A stretch of 64,000 nt of DNA from Octopus sinensis (GCF_006345805.1 NC_042998.1:125116001-125180000), one strand, 5' to 3'. Counted from the stretch's first letter, positions 12,771 to 24,744 are shown. Notes: generated by a model from the letters alone, not told the origin. Translations and numbers: made by a program.

Positions 12771-13734
12771 TATTGTTTCTCTCCCAAGTCAGTAGCAAGC
12801 TACACAGCTTCAAAACTTAACTGACCTTAAATATATATATATTTGTAACCACGTGTTTGCCTACAAACCCGTAAGTACGTTTTCATTTAACTAACAAATT
12901 GTTATATACACCTGTTTTTCTTTTAATATCCTCAAACAACCAAATAATCAAAAACTCACACCCTTTAGAGAGAACATTTATATATATATACACACTTCTT
13001 TAACTCCCAAGAAAGAATATATATATTTTCAAAAATCAAAAGGAAAACAAACAAAAGAAAAACAAACATGACTAACTTGCAGGCCTGTGCAACAGACGAA
13101 AGGTCTGATAACGAAATTGATGTTTTTATAAACACATGGTTCTCTCTTTCCCAAACAGAAAATCTAAATGTTGTGTTTGGATGAGATTGCGAAAAAAACA
13201 TCACAAGTGGTCAACACACGATCCGTCAAACAGATTCGTAGCAAACTGAAACATATCGAAGTATCTTTCAAACTGACAAAAGGCCATTATGAAAAGCTTC
13301 TTCATATTTTCACAGTTCAAGAACAGCAACAGCTAGAAAATCAGCAGCCACAACAACAACAACAACAGAATGAGCCACTCCTGGTTCCCGCACAATGGCT
13401 GACCCTAACATCAGTCAAGCACAACAACAACAACAATAGCCACAGCAACAAAAGAACAACCAACAGCCACTCCTCAACTCTAGCTTACTAGATGATTCAC
13501 TAATGCCAGTATCTTTTCACCGCTCTCACGGCAACCACCACAATTATCATCATCATCATCACCACCGCTGCCACCATCGTCTTCTATCACCAATATACCA
13601 ACAGAAAACCAAATAAGAAACCACTGCCCTCTTCCCCCACATCACCACCTCAATACTACTGCGAGTAACAAAAACTTAAAGAAACATAGGAAGCAGAATG
13701 CGCCCCCCCGGCACAAACAAGAAATCCCCAAATA

Positions 13735-13815
13735 TGCCGCTATTCACTGCGCCAGAGACTCTGCACAAATAGTGACTGCATCTTCACGCATCTACCCGGC
13801 ACTAGACGCACTACC
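13735..13815 (+). pseudogene. ORF1 remnant with CCCH zinc finger
   Basis: NPQICRYSLRQRLCTNSDCIFTHLPGTRR (C-x8-C-x4-C-x3-H) directly upstream of the APE region. Confidence 0.55.
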
Positions 13816-14356
13816 GGCCAAGGCCAAAGCACGCATCCCACAATAACATCAACACCACCAAATAGTAAATCGAAATTCAAAACACACACAACTCGGAGTC
13901 CCAAAATCTGCCGGTATTCCCAACGTGAGAGAACATGTCTGCTGAGTGACTGTCCCTTCACTCATCTTCCAGGGACCCGACGCACAAACAGAAACAGGGC
14001 TTCAAGCCAACACACAAACCTGAATAAAAATAAAAATAGAAACACACCATGCTGCAGTAATGCTGGTCCAGTCTTTTCAGGAAGACACAAAAACAACAAC
14101 AACAAAAGTGAAAACTACAACCCTATCCAACAGTGCAACCACACCTCCAGCCAAAAACTGCTCCCTAAGCAGGAAAATTCTTTTTTAGCCATGTTGAACA
14201 TGGCAAAAGAATACACAAAAACATTCTAGCCATCACTCACACACCATCCTATGCTATTACCCCAGTGCACCAATTCCCCACATTGCTGCCACTAACACAC
14301 ACAAAAAATCCAAGCCCCCTGCAACAGTCAAAACCACCACTACACTAACCTCCACA

Positions 14357-15220
14357 TTCCTACTCAATGCACAAGGTGTCAGCCCTTCCATCAATGCACA
14401 AAAATGGAAGGTCCAATTCATTGAAGACTGGGTTGGTAACCATTCACACCACATCCCTTTCTTCATTTTCACTGAGACCCACCTTGACAACTCCCACTTG
14501 GAAGCCGAAGTGAGAGTGAAGAATTTCACAACCATCCGCGCGGATCGTATCGGCAGGAGGAAGGGTGGAACTGCCATTTTCCTGCATGATTCATTTACGG
14601 CAGATGGAAATAGTATATTCTCCAACGGCTACTGTGAATCAGTCACCGTGCACAACAAAGCCAATGACCTGACAGTAATTGGGCTCTATAGGCCGCCCCA
14701 AACACCCATACTGTGCTTTAAAGAATGCCTCAACAGCATTAAGTGCTTTATTCAACAGTGCCATTCTAGCAACATACTCATGATGGGAGACTTCAATCTA
14801 CCCTGTGTTGACTGGACTACAAACTGTTTGAAACCAAGCACTCCCGCCTCAACCGCTGACAAGAAGCAGCAGAGTCACTTTTCGACTTTACGAATGAGTT
14901 TTTCTTGTCCCAACTTGTCCTTGCACCAACAAGACATCAGAACATTTTGGACCTAGTGTTTTAGTACCACACTAACACTATACATAACGTTACAGTGGAA
15001 AAAACCCTTCTTTCAGACCATGACATGGTTCTCTGTAACATGAAATTCCACCAGCCGAAAGCTAATCCTAGTGACCTTCCTCCAGCCCACCCATTTGACA
15101 ACATGGATCTCCATAAAGCCAACTGGGATGCAATCAGGAACGAGCTATCAAATGTTGACTGGTCCTTTACACATACACACATCTCCACCAACCATAAACA
15201 TCTTGGCAGATCTTTGTAGA
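14357..15220 (+). pseudogene. AP-endonuclease domain of CR1 ORF2 (frameshifted)
   Basis: LLNAQG, FTETHL, DR..R.KGGTAIF, LYRPP, GDFNLP..DW, SDHDMV. Confidence 0.88.
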
Positions 15221-15263
15221 CACCGTCACAGACATATGTGCAAAACACTCCCCACCAAGACCT

Positions 15264-15761
15264 GTGAACAAAAAGTGCAGAATCCCCCAAAACAGAAAAA
15301 CCATTATCAGAAAAATAAAAAGAACAAACAAAAAAATTAACAAACTAAAGTACTGCCAACAGCAACACACACATTCGACGGCTATCGCACTGCTTGAATC
15401 CAAAAAATATAACCTCCAACAATGCATGAAGACCCTCATCAATAACCAAAGATCAGCTGAGAAGTGGGCCATTGAAAAAATCAAACTCAACCCCAAAGTG
15501 TTCTTTTCATTTGCGAGGAAACGCAGGGTCACTGTCTCCACTGTAGGCCCTCTAATTGACGAAACTGGCACTCTCCAAGATAATGCCAAATCCATGGCCG
15601 AGATACTGCAGAAACAATACTGCTCTGTTTTCAGCAATCCTGATATGGCCGATCTGGGCTGTATCAGTGATGTCAACCCCCAACACACTATATCGGACAT
15701 AACGTTTAGTGCCCCTGATGTCTTAGCGGCGATAAACGAAATAAAACAAATTCAGCAGTAG
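15264..15761 (+). pseudogene. CR1 ORF2 APE-RT linker
   Basis: IKLNPKVFFSFA...VGPL...MAEILQKQYCSVFS. A frameshift near 15760 separates it from the RT. Confidence 0.85.
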
Positions 15762-15793
15762 GCCCCGATAGGTTCCCTGCTTGTGTCCTGAAG

Positions 15794-17290
15794 GTGTGTC
15801 GACACCAACTTGCATCTCCCCTTGCTAATCTGTGGGGAAACTCACTGGATGCTGGCTATATTCCAAAAAACCTTCTGTCCCAGTCTGTTGTCCCAGTTTT
15901 CAAAAAGGGAAACAAGTCCCTTGCAGTGAATTACCGTCCGATCTCACTCACCTCTCATATCATCAAGGTATTTGAGAGGGTGGTGAGATCTCGAATAACC
16001 CAATTTCTGGAAAGCAACAGACGGCTGATCTCCAACCAACATGGGTTCCGTAATGGAAGGGACTGCCTAACGCAGCTCCTGCATCACTTTGAGGACATTT
16101 TGAGAGCTTTGGAAGAGGGCTCCAACACCGATGTCATCTACCTTGATTTCAGTAAGGCCTTCGACAGGGTCGATCACAAGATCCTATTGAAAAAACTATC
16201 CAACATTGGTGTCTCTGGAAAGTTACTGAAATGGATCAAGTGTTTCCTGACAGACAGATCTCAACATGTTGTAGTTGAAGGGGTAAAATCAAGCCCAGCC
16301 AAAGTCAGTAGTGGCTTTCCGCAAGGCACTGTGCTGGGCCCACTTCTTTTCATCATTTACATTAATGACATTAATGACATCACCAAGCACAGCAACATAA
16401 AAATCTTTGCAGATGACTCCAAGCTACAGAAGGTCATAAATGAGGCGAGTGACCGGACATGCCTTCACTCAGATCTACTGGCTGTTATCCAATGGGCAGA
16501 AAAAAACAATATGCTGCTGAACGAGGATAAATTTGAGCTAATCCACTTTGGAAAAGAGGATGCCCTGAAACTCCCATACTCCCTTCCTTCAGGTGAAACT
16601 CTCGCGGCGTCCAACAACATCAGAGACTTGGGAGTAATTGTGGACAACAACATAAGCTGGGCCACTCATATAAACACCAAAGTTGACATGGCCCGCAGAA
16701 TGTGTTCCTGGATTCTCAGAACTTTCCAGTCGAGAGATATCCACACCATTATCCTTCTCTTCTCCACTTTTGCCCGACCCCACCTTGAATACTGTTGTCC
16801 ACTGTGGTCTCCCCACACAATACAAGGTAACATAAAAGTTGAAGCACCTCAAAGGGCAATCACAAAAAAGATAGATGGCATGACAGGCCTCGACTATTGG
16901 GTCGAGAAAAAGCTAAAACTCTATTCTCTCCAACGTCGTCGTGAGCGCTACATCATCTGCATGATGTGGAAAATATTCCATCAGCATTGCCCAAATGATG
17001 TTGGCATCACCTTTAAGGTACATCCAAGGCTTGGGCCCCGTGCCATCCGCCCAAAACAAAAATCGCACTCTCATCTCATAACAACAATACGGCACAATTA
17101 TTTCACCTCAATTGGCCCCGCTCTCTTTAACATTACACCAAAACACATTAAAACAGAAACTGACCCTATAGGGTTCAAGAAGTCTTTGGACAGATTCCTT
17201 GAAGAAATCCCGGATAAACCCCCTACACCCGGATATGTCTCTGTAAACAATAACTCTCTACTTGAGTGGGCCATAGTGCCCAAATTCTGA
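15794..17290 (+). CDS. CR1-clade reverse transcriptase and thumb (open 498-aa portion of ORF2)
   Basis: NYRPISLTS, QHGFR, YLDFSKAFDRVDH, QGTVLGPLLF, FADD, DLGV, RPHLEYC, FKKSLDRFL..IPD.P. Confidence 0.93.
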   Translation: MCRHQLASPLANLWGNSLDAGYIPKNLLSQSVVPVFKKGNKSLAVNYRPISLTSHIIKVFERVVRSRITQFLESNRRLISNQHGFRNGRDCLTQLLHHFEDILRALEEGSNTDVIYLDFSKAFDRVDHKILLKKLSNIGVSGKLLKWIKCFLTDRSQHVVVEGVKSSPAKVSSGFPQGTVLGPLLFIIYINDINDITKHSNIKIFADDSKLQKVINEASDRTCLHSDLLAVIQWAEKNNMLLNEDKFELIHFGKEDALKLPYSLPSGETLAASNNIRDLGVIVDNNISWATHINTKVDMARRMCSWILRTFQSRDIHTIILLFSTFARPHLEYCCPLWSPHTIQGNIKVEAPQRAITKKIDGMTGLDYWVEKKLKLYSLQRRRERYIICMMWKIFHQHCPNDVGITFKVHPRLGPRAIRPKQKSHSHLITTIRHNYFTSIGPALFNITPKHIKTETDPIGFKKSLDRFLEEIPDKPPTPGYVSVNNNSLLEWAIVPKF

Positions 17291-17390
17291 CTTGAAAGAC
17301 TTCACCAGGTGGTGCTATTAAGTTAGACATGGCCTGGGCCAATAATGGCCGAAACCTATCAAAGTATCAAAGTATCAAAGTATATATATG

Positions 17391-17435
<45 letters not shown>

Positions 17436-17438
<3 letters not shown>

Positions 17439-18400
17439 GATTTCCCTTGGCGGGCTGCCCAAATCGGAGCAATCTCAAGATAATCAGCCGAATTGCTAAG
17501 ATGATCTGGTTCTTGACTGATGACTGAGGGCTTCGAATGTCCCGTCCTGTGGTTCTTGTGTCGTCTCTTTGGTTGTTTTCATGTTCTTGTCCATGTCTGT
17601 AATTATTTTTACTGTTTACATATATAATCGGCGGCTACGTATCCACAATTGTCCTTATACGATAAGTATATTTTTTCTCTAGCATTGATACGACTCTTGA
17701 TCTGTCTCTTTCTCTCTCTCTCTCTCCTCCCTTATTCCCCTTCCTTTCTTTCCCTCTCCATCCGTCTTCCCCCCCCCCCCTTCTACGTTTCTCTATCTCT
17801 CTCACCTCCAGTCCCCTCGATCTGTCTCTTTCTTCTCCTCCCTCGTCCACCTTCTCTCTCTTTTCATCTGTCCCTTTCTCCTGTCTTTTGTTCTCACGTG
17901 ACCGCTAGCCACTGCTGAGCGCCCTTTTTGTTCCAGCAGTCGCCGAAGCAACACGTATTTGTTCGTCTCCCTGCAGCCATTAGGCACAACTTCATAAGCC
18001 AGCCCTAAACTCAACTCGTCCTGTCGAAAGACCCTTGTCCTGCGTCCTGGTTTTGTTTTGTTTTTTTATTTTTACCGTTATTGTTTTTACGTTTTTGTAT
18101 TCTTATTGGTGTCACGTATTCTGTATTTTTGTTCGTGTACTTCGTTCGTTTTCCGTCCTCGTGTTGTATACATTCGAAGCTTTCTTCCAGGGGATCTAAT
18201 GCGCTTGGCTTAGATTTCCCTTGGCGGGGTGCCCAAATCGGAGCAATCTCAAGATTAATCAGCCGAAATTGCTAAGATGATCTGGTTCTTGACTGATGAC
18301 TGAGGGCTTCGAATGTCCCGTCCTGTGGTTCTTGTGTCGTCTCTTTGGTGTTTCATGTTCTTGTCCATGTCTGTAATTATTTTTACTGTTTACATATATA
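17436..18400. mobile_element. Non-coding ~965-bp element with ~191-bp direct terminal repeats (17436-17626, 18209-18400), in (TA)n
   Basis: Near-identical TTAGATTTCCCTTGGCGGG...TTTTACTGTTTACA at both ends. The interior is pyrimidine-rich with no ORF. Confidence 0.8.
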
Positions 18401-18554
18401 TATATATATAATATATATATATATTATATGTATGTATATATTATACATATATGTATGTATAATAATATATATATGTAGTATATATAGATATGTATGTATA
18501 TATATATATATATTATATAATATATATTATATATATGTAGTATGTATATATATA

Positions 18555-18599
<45 letters not shown>

Positions 18600-18606
18600 A
18601 ATATAT

Positions 18607-18637
<31 letters not shown>

Positions 18638-18642
18638 GTATG

Positions 18643-18673
<31 letters not shown>

Positions 18674-18720
18674 ATATATATATGTATGTATATATATATA
18701 TATATATATGTGTGTGTATG

Positions 18721-18751
<31 letters not shown>

Positions 18752-18846
18752 ATATATATATGTATGTATATATATATATATTATGTATGTATATATTATA
18801 TGTATGTATATATATATATGTATGTATATATATATATATATGTATG

Positions 18847-18902
<56 letters not shown>
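18392..18902. repeat. (TA)n/(TATG)n microsatellite
   Basis: Directly visible. Confidence 0.97.
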
Positions 18903-18905
<3 letters not shown>

Positions 18906-18973
18906 TAATGAGATAACAAACCCAAAGCTGTGAGGAGTTTTCAGGACATTTATAAGGGAAAAGATATAGATAT

Positions 18974-19022
18974 AGTCTTACAGCTGTTTCTGGGATATTA
19001 TGATATCCCTTCATCAGAGATG
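18974..19022 (-). ncRNA. Minimal type I hammerhead ribozyme (PLE-type)
   Basis: Minus strand: UCU-CUGAUGA-A-GGGAUAU-CAUA-AUAUCCC-A-GAAA-CAGCU-GUA-AGA. The core is intact, stem II is 7 bp, stem III is the palindrome ACAGCUGU, and stem I is 3 bp. Confidence 0.75.
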
Positions 19023-19212
19023 ATGTGAGATGGTTATTTAGCGTTACCTGCCATCTTTGGGTCTTCTAGATACCAATACCTCTCATAGCCTCACTATACA
19101 CACACACACACACACCACATATATATATAGGAGTGTATGTGGATACAAGTAGTTATGTTTGTATTTGATTGAATTTCTCCTCTCACTCTCTCCTGTTTCT
19201 CTCTTTCTTTGC

Positions 19213-19267
<55 letters not shown>

Positions 19268-20339
19268 TATATATATATACATATATATATACGCTTATAT
19301 ATGTGTATATGTACTCATATCTAGCATACGTAAATGTATACATATATCTATGTATATATGTATATATATATGTATAACATATATTTATAAATACATATGT
19401 ACGTCTATTACATGCACACACACACACTCACATACATGCAAACATATATACATACACACGCACACATTCATTCAAATCCATACACACACACACACACACA
19501 CAAAAACTCATATGCATACATACATACATACATACATACATACATACATACATACATACATACATACATCACATAATATGTGTTATATGTGTCGTACCTA
19601 CCCAATCGCCATCACCAGCCTGGCTTCGTTTTCGTAAGATGATCGAAGAGTTGCTGCTAAGTGACGTTTGAGTGTGGGTAGACAGCTTTATTTAGCATAC
19701 ATCATCTGTTAATCGATAGGTTTTGATCCCTAAAATCTTGTGTCTAATCTCTGTTCTCATGACCTCGAATTCTCTCTGGTTCAAATGTTATTTTCTGATC
19801 TAGACCTTTTATATCTGTTTCATGTTTACTAATACCAGCCAATAGTTTGCTACTATTTTCGCTATTATTTTTGTTAATTATTGGCAACATCTACTAATTT
19901 GTAGGTACCAGTTTAATGATTGTATAATCATATTTCATTTTTGAGACTTATAATTTGAAAATAAAATGTATGACAGTAAAAATAATCCTTAGTTTGATAT
20001 TGTGGTATAAAAAGAAGAATTGATTTCTTTATGAATAATATTCTTTGTGGTTTGTATATCTTTACAAAATTTCAATGTCTATTACATTCATTTAAGTTTT
20101 ATAATACAAGACTACCATTGCCCTTTGACGTAGACTGTAACACTTTTAAATTGCTCCCAAAATGAATATTTTTTCTTATTAACCATTTAACAATGAACTC
20201 AGTATAATAGACCTTTCAAAATATCAACAATAAAACATTTTGTCTGTCCTGATACATATATATACACACATATATATATGGGGGGGGTTGTATATGTATG
20301 TATGCATGTATGTACGTACTGTTCTTAAGAATATCTCAA

Positions 20340-20555
20340 GAATATCATTGAAGTAGATGTAGGCGTTTTTAAATCAGGGATGGACCTCTTCCTGTCGAGA
20401 GTCCCAGATGGACCTAGCTCACGGTAAGAGGTGCAAATGAAGGTAGCTACATCAAATTCCATTCTACACCAAGTGCCACATATCTCAGTAATAATAGTGT
20501 AGCAAAACGGTGGTGCTCCAGCATGTCCACACCTACGAGCTGAAACTACAAAAAA
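20340..20555 (+). mobile_element. CR1 LINE 3' end fragment with tail
   Basis: VGVFKSGMDLFLSRVPDGP...SNSILHQVP, then GGTGGTGCTCCAGCATGTCC...AGCTGAAACT. Confidence 0.7.
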
Positions 20556-20663
20556 AATATATACATATATATTATATACATATATTATATATATATTATA
20601 TTATATATATAATTATATATATATTATATTATATATATATATTATATATATATATATATTATA

Positions 20664-20703
<40 letters not shown>

Positions 20704-20792
20704 TTATATATATTATATAAATACACCAGAGTAAGCACATAAATACGATGCAAGGTGGAAAAATAGTACTCGAATACCAGATGTAGAGTAAT

Positions 20793-20960
20793 ATGCTTTA
20801 TTAAAAAGCAGCAAAAATATTACGAAACTGTTATAGAGTCTCACGTTCCCGTTCGTCAGACAGTTTTGTTTTGAATATAAACAAAACTGTCCGACAAACG
20901 GGAATGCGAAACTCTGAGTAACAGTTTTTGTGATATTTTCGCTGCCTTCTAATAAAGTAT
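20793..20960. repeat. Inverted repeat (~80-bp arms) carrying two divergent degenerate hammerheads (20824-20868 minus, 20883-20928 plus)
   Basis: Minus: AAAACUGU-CUGACGA-ACG-GGAA-CGU-GAGAC..ACAGUUUC. Plus: AAAACUGU-CCGACAA-..-GAAAC-UCUGA-GUA-ACAGUUUU. Confidence 0.78.
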
Positions 20961-23164
20961 ATATATATATATCACCTCAATTTCTTTGTTGGTGTTTTGT
21001 TTATTGATGTTGGTATTGTCAACATTGCTTTCGTATTTGTTCTTGTTTATTTTGATCCTCTTATAAACTGCAAAATTGACCATTACCGGTTTTGAACTCA
21101 GAATATATTAGGCTGAAATTCCATTCATCAAATATTCTTGAAAAAAATTCTATTTTCCCTTGTATAGGATATAAGTCTGTGGCCAAATAATTGCCCTAAA
21201 ATTATTTGTTTTATTTTCCAAGATGGATTCGAACCAGAAGTAAGTATATACGCTGGCTATAATAAAGATTTCGACCAATCAGCAAACTCTAATACTAAAT
21301 ATAATATTCACCTTAAAATCAACAAATACTACATCCAAACTTACGTCCATTTGCATAGGTTTTGGTTGAGGGAATAGTTCATTATTTTTACTTCAGTACT
21401 TTGAGGCCAAGAATCGAGGAAAAGCAACATCTACGTCAATGTGATTCAAAACTTGAAAGATAGAATTTAATACCAGTTTGTCCATCGCTCGGCCTATTCC
21501 GAAAATCTACCAACCTAAATTTTTCAGAAATTTCTAAAAATAAAAATACTGTACCTTGTGGAAAGCCATGATACGATTCCTGCTTCAGAGAACTCATTTA
21601 CACCCACACCCCTTCACTTATTCGACCATTGTACTTTTCTCAGCATCCGGCTATAAATAAACATTGTTATTTTCCTTGACTGGACCGCATAATCCAATCA
21701 AAGTGTGTATATGTGTGTGGTATATCTGGGTGTGCGATATGTGTGTGTATGTATGTGATGTATGTGTATGCAAGTTATGTGTATCGTTTTGGAAAAAACC
21801 ACTTTTATGATTTTTTTTTCTCTAAACCAAGAAAAATCTAAAACTTTTAGATTTAATATGAAGATATATTGATGTAAGGAATTATACATTTTGGAGTCAT
21901 AAACTGTAAAGAATTACTGCCTGCGAATCAAATGATCACGTCACCAGACTGTGAAGATGATGTTTCTCTTTAAATGTTTTACTGAATGTTTAAACACTTC
22001 TCTTATCTAAATGTATTATTATTTACTTTTCAAAAGTTATTTAGATGTAACATACCTTTCCTTTCATACTAAATTTAGTCTGGCAACCTTTTTTATATAA
22101 CAAGCTATAAATCAGAACATGATTTGTTGTTGTTGTTTTTGGTTTTTTTGCGTTGTTATTTACTTTTTTTTTTCTTTTCTTTTGTATTTCGTTCGGAGAC
22201 ACTCATTTCTGATAAGGTTATTCCACAGTATCAAGAAGATTTCAGCAAGTGCTTTGTTTATCATGTTAGATTTGTGATCTCTCATCAAGACTGCTTGCTA
22301 ATATTGTTTCTACACCTGTTGAATATTTTCATATGCACTTCAGACAGCTCATAGTTATAATTGACTCTCTCCTTGTCTGTAGATGTACAGGAAATATATA
22401 ATAGCTATATATTATCAGATAGTATTCGACACTACAATCAAATGAACATCGGCAAAAATTTCAGCTCTAATTTATGATTCTTTATTCTTATCAACCGATC
22501 AAGCTTTCATAAAACTCAAACCATTTGAAACGGTTTTAATTTGTTTAGTCTTAAATGTAAAGAACGACGCCGATATCTTCCGAGTATATTTACAAGATAA
22601 CTATGAAATAATGATAGAAATCAACAAGATGGATTGTGGTCTATTTGTAAATTTAATTTGAGTACTATGCTAACTTTTGACTTAACTGGAAACTGATCGT
22701 ATAAAATATTTAACAATTTCAATCTCTGTCATTGAATGCTGAGAAATATAAACACAATGGTGACGGTATGTTTTGATAGTTAAGAAATTCGCTCCGTTGC
22801 CACGTATTGCGTACTTTCCCACCGTACTGTCCCTTAGGCAGTGTCTTCTACTGTAGCCAGAGCTTGATGAATTTCTTGTAGGTGAAAAATCATAGATGAA
22901 TACTGTGCGAATGGCAGTTTTGTGTGCGCGTGTGTATTGTCTGAGCCAGAAAGCGTATCTTTCACTTATGTATATAGACGAAGATTATAAACATTGATGC
23001 AAAAACTGAAAAACCTGTGCCTTAGATATTTGTTCCGCGCCAAGTTACAAAGACTTCTTTACCTCTCTCCTACCAGCAATGCAGTGAACCAGTGAGTTGA
23101 GAATCTGTAATCAACGAAGCTATTTTGTATGAGTGTGGGTTTGTGTGTGCGTGTACAAGCCTGT

Positions 23165-23236
<72 letters not shown>

Positions 23237-23276
23237 GTAAAACCATCTGCTATAATATATATGTTATGAAGTATCT

Positions 23277-23435
23277 TTTACTAATTTTAGTCACTGGACT
23301 GTGGCCATGCTGGGGTACCGCCTTCAAGGGTTTAGTCGAACAAATCGACCTCGGTGTTTATTTCAAAGCCCGGTACATATTTTATTGATATCTTTTGCCG
23401 AAAGCTTAAGCTACGGAGACGTAAAGAAATACCTG
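23277..23435 (-). mobile_element. SINE family A, 3' fragment
   Basis: GGCCATGCTGGGGTACCGCCTT...GTCGAACAAATCGACC...CTTTTGCCGAA matches other copies. Confidence 0.7.
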
Positions 23436-23750
23436 TTACCTAGCGGTAGTGGATCACTTATGCTCGCTCGCGCATATATATGCCCCTGAAGTAATTTACT
23501 CAGTATTTCTACTGCTCTAACAGCAACTTTGCGTTCGAAAAAGTATCTTCTTATTTATATCGTACAATATACATTTCGACGCTTCTACTCAAAAACTACA
23601 GATATTTGCTTGTTTACATTTATACGCACATGGTTGACATATATATATAAATAATAAGAGTAAAAAATTGAATATTAATTTGATTAATATCAATTTAAAA
23701 CCGATAGCCTTGCATACTGAAAAATCTGAAGATTCAGAAAAATTATATTA

Positions 23751-24130
23751 CATACATATAAGAGGGATGACCACTAAGTGGACATTCTTTATGCTAGAAG
23801 TAGACCCTATATCGTCTTACCACTAAGAATAGATTGTTATCAAGAAAATTCAGCAAACGCCAGAACGTAAGCGAGCAAGACAAATAAAAAATATACAAAA
23901 TATAAAGATTAATCACAAACCCGGTTCATTGTTACTACTTACGTAATGCTTACATAAATGTCCGCAATTCATCAGTGTGATCGTCATAGCAAAATATAAA
24001 TTGCAGAACTATAAACGAGACGTCCGCATGAGATTGGACTTGCATATAAGTTCTACCAATTACATTTGGGGTTATATTTCAAAAGTCTACCTCTAGCATA
24101 ATGTATGTCCACTTAGTGGTCACCCCCACT

Positions 24131-24140
<10 letters not shown>
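23751..24140. mobile_element. Foldback/MITE-like element with ~55-bp inverted arms merging into (CATA)n/(TATG)n
   Basis: ATAAGAGGGATGACCACTAAGTGGACATTCTTTATGCTAGAAGTAGAC versus the reverse complement of GTCTACCTCTAGCATAATGTATGTCCACTTAGTGGTCACCCCCACTTAT. Confidence 0.78.
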
Positions 24141-24162
<22 letters not shown>

Positions 24163-24493
24163 TGTATGTATGTATATATATATATATATATAATATATAT
24201 AATATATATATATTAATTAATTAATAAGGGTGAGAGAATTAGATACTAATTTAATAGTATATTTATTCAACACCAAGTGGCCTAGTGCTACGAGAAACCT
24301 GGATTATTATATATTTTATAACATATTACAATACTTTTACAAAACAAATATAAGAGAGTGGTCAATATATTGCTCACTCTAGCACCAGTTAATCCAAAAG
24401 TTTCAACCACGAAGATACATGTTCCCATGAAAGCCAGTACGAATGTTAGCTCACACGGACAGGGCAAGTAAAAAATAAAAAAAATACAGATAT

Positions 24494-24570
24494 TTGGGAC
24501 AATTGTTCGCTATTAATGAATTAAATGTAATATTACTTACAAAAAAATCCATTTGTAGCTCGTCAGCCAA
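24494..24570 (-). ncRNA. Mirror-copy hammerhead with one core A deleted
   Basis: UUGG-CUGACGA-GCUA...UAGC-GAA-CAAUU-GUC-CCAA, with palindromic ACAAUUGU. Confidence 0.7.
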
Positions 24571-24666
24571 GAATTATAACGTCGGATGTAATCAATTGAA
24601 CCACACGCGTATTTATCGTTATGGTAAAATCTGGCGTGTGATTGAGTGGATTTCATCCAGATAGTC

Positions 24667-24744
24667 TTGGCTGACGAGCTACAAATGGATTTTTTTGTAA
24701 GTAATATTACATTTAATTCATTAATAGCGAAACCAATGTCCCAA
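24667..24744 (+). ncRNA. Type I hammerhead ribozyme, intact core, extended stem II
   Basis: UUGG-CUGACGA-GCUA-[AU-rich insert]-UAGC-GAAA-C-CAAU-GUC-CCAA. Predicted cleavage 3' of 24740. Confidence 0.8.

Larger units (their letters stand above)
12780..17383 (+). mobile_element. Near full-length decayed CR1-clade LINE (5' boundary approximate)
   Basis: ORF1 remnant with a CCCH finger, then APE, linker and RT in order. The 3' tail is (AAAGTATC)n at 17360-17383. (TA)n lies on both sides. Confidence 0.88.

Noticed and set aside
17517-17545. CTGATGA...GAATGTC in the 191-bp direct repeat (also 18293) as a hammerhead
   Set aside because: No stem II pairing, GAAU instead of GAAA, and no stem I complement.
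17436-18400. LTR retrotransposon or TRIM call
   Set aside because: The repeats do not begin with TG, there is no PBS or PPT, and no TSD is definable within (TA)n. It is kept only as a direct-repeat element.
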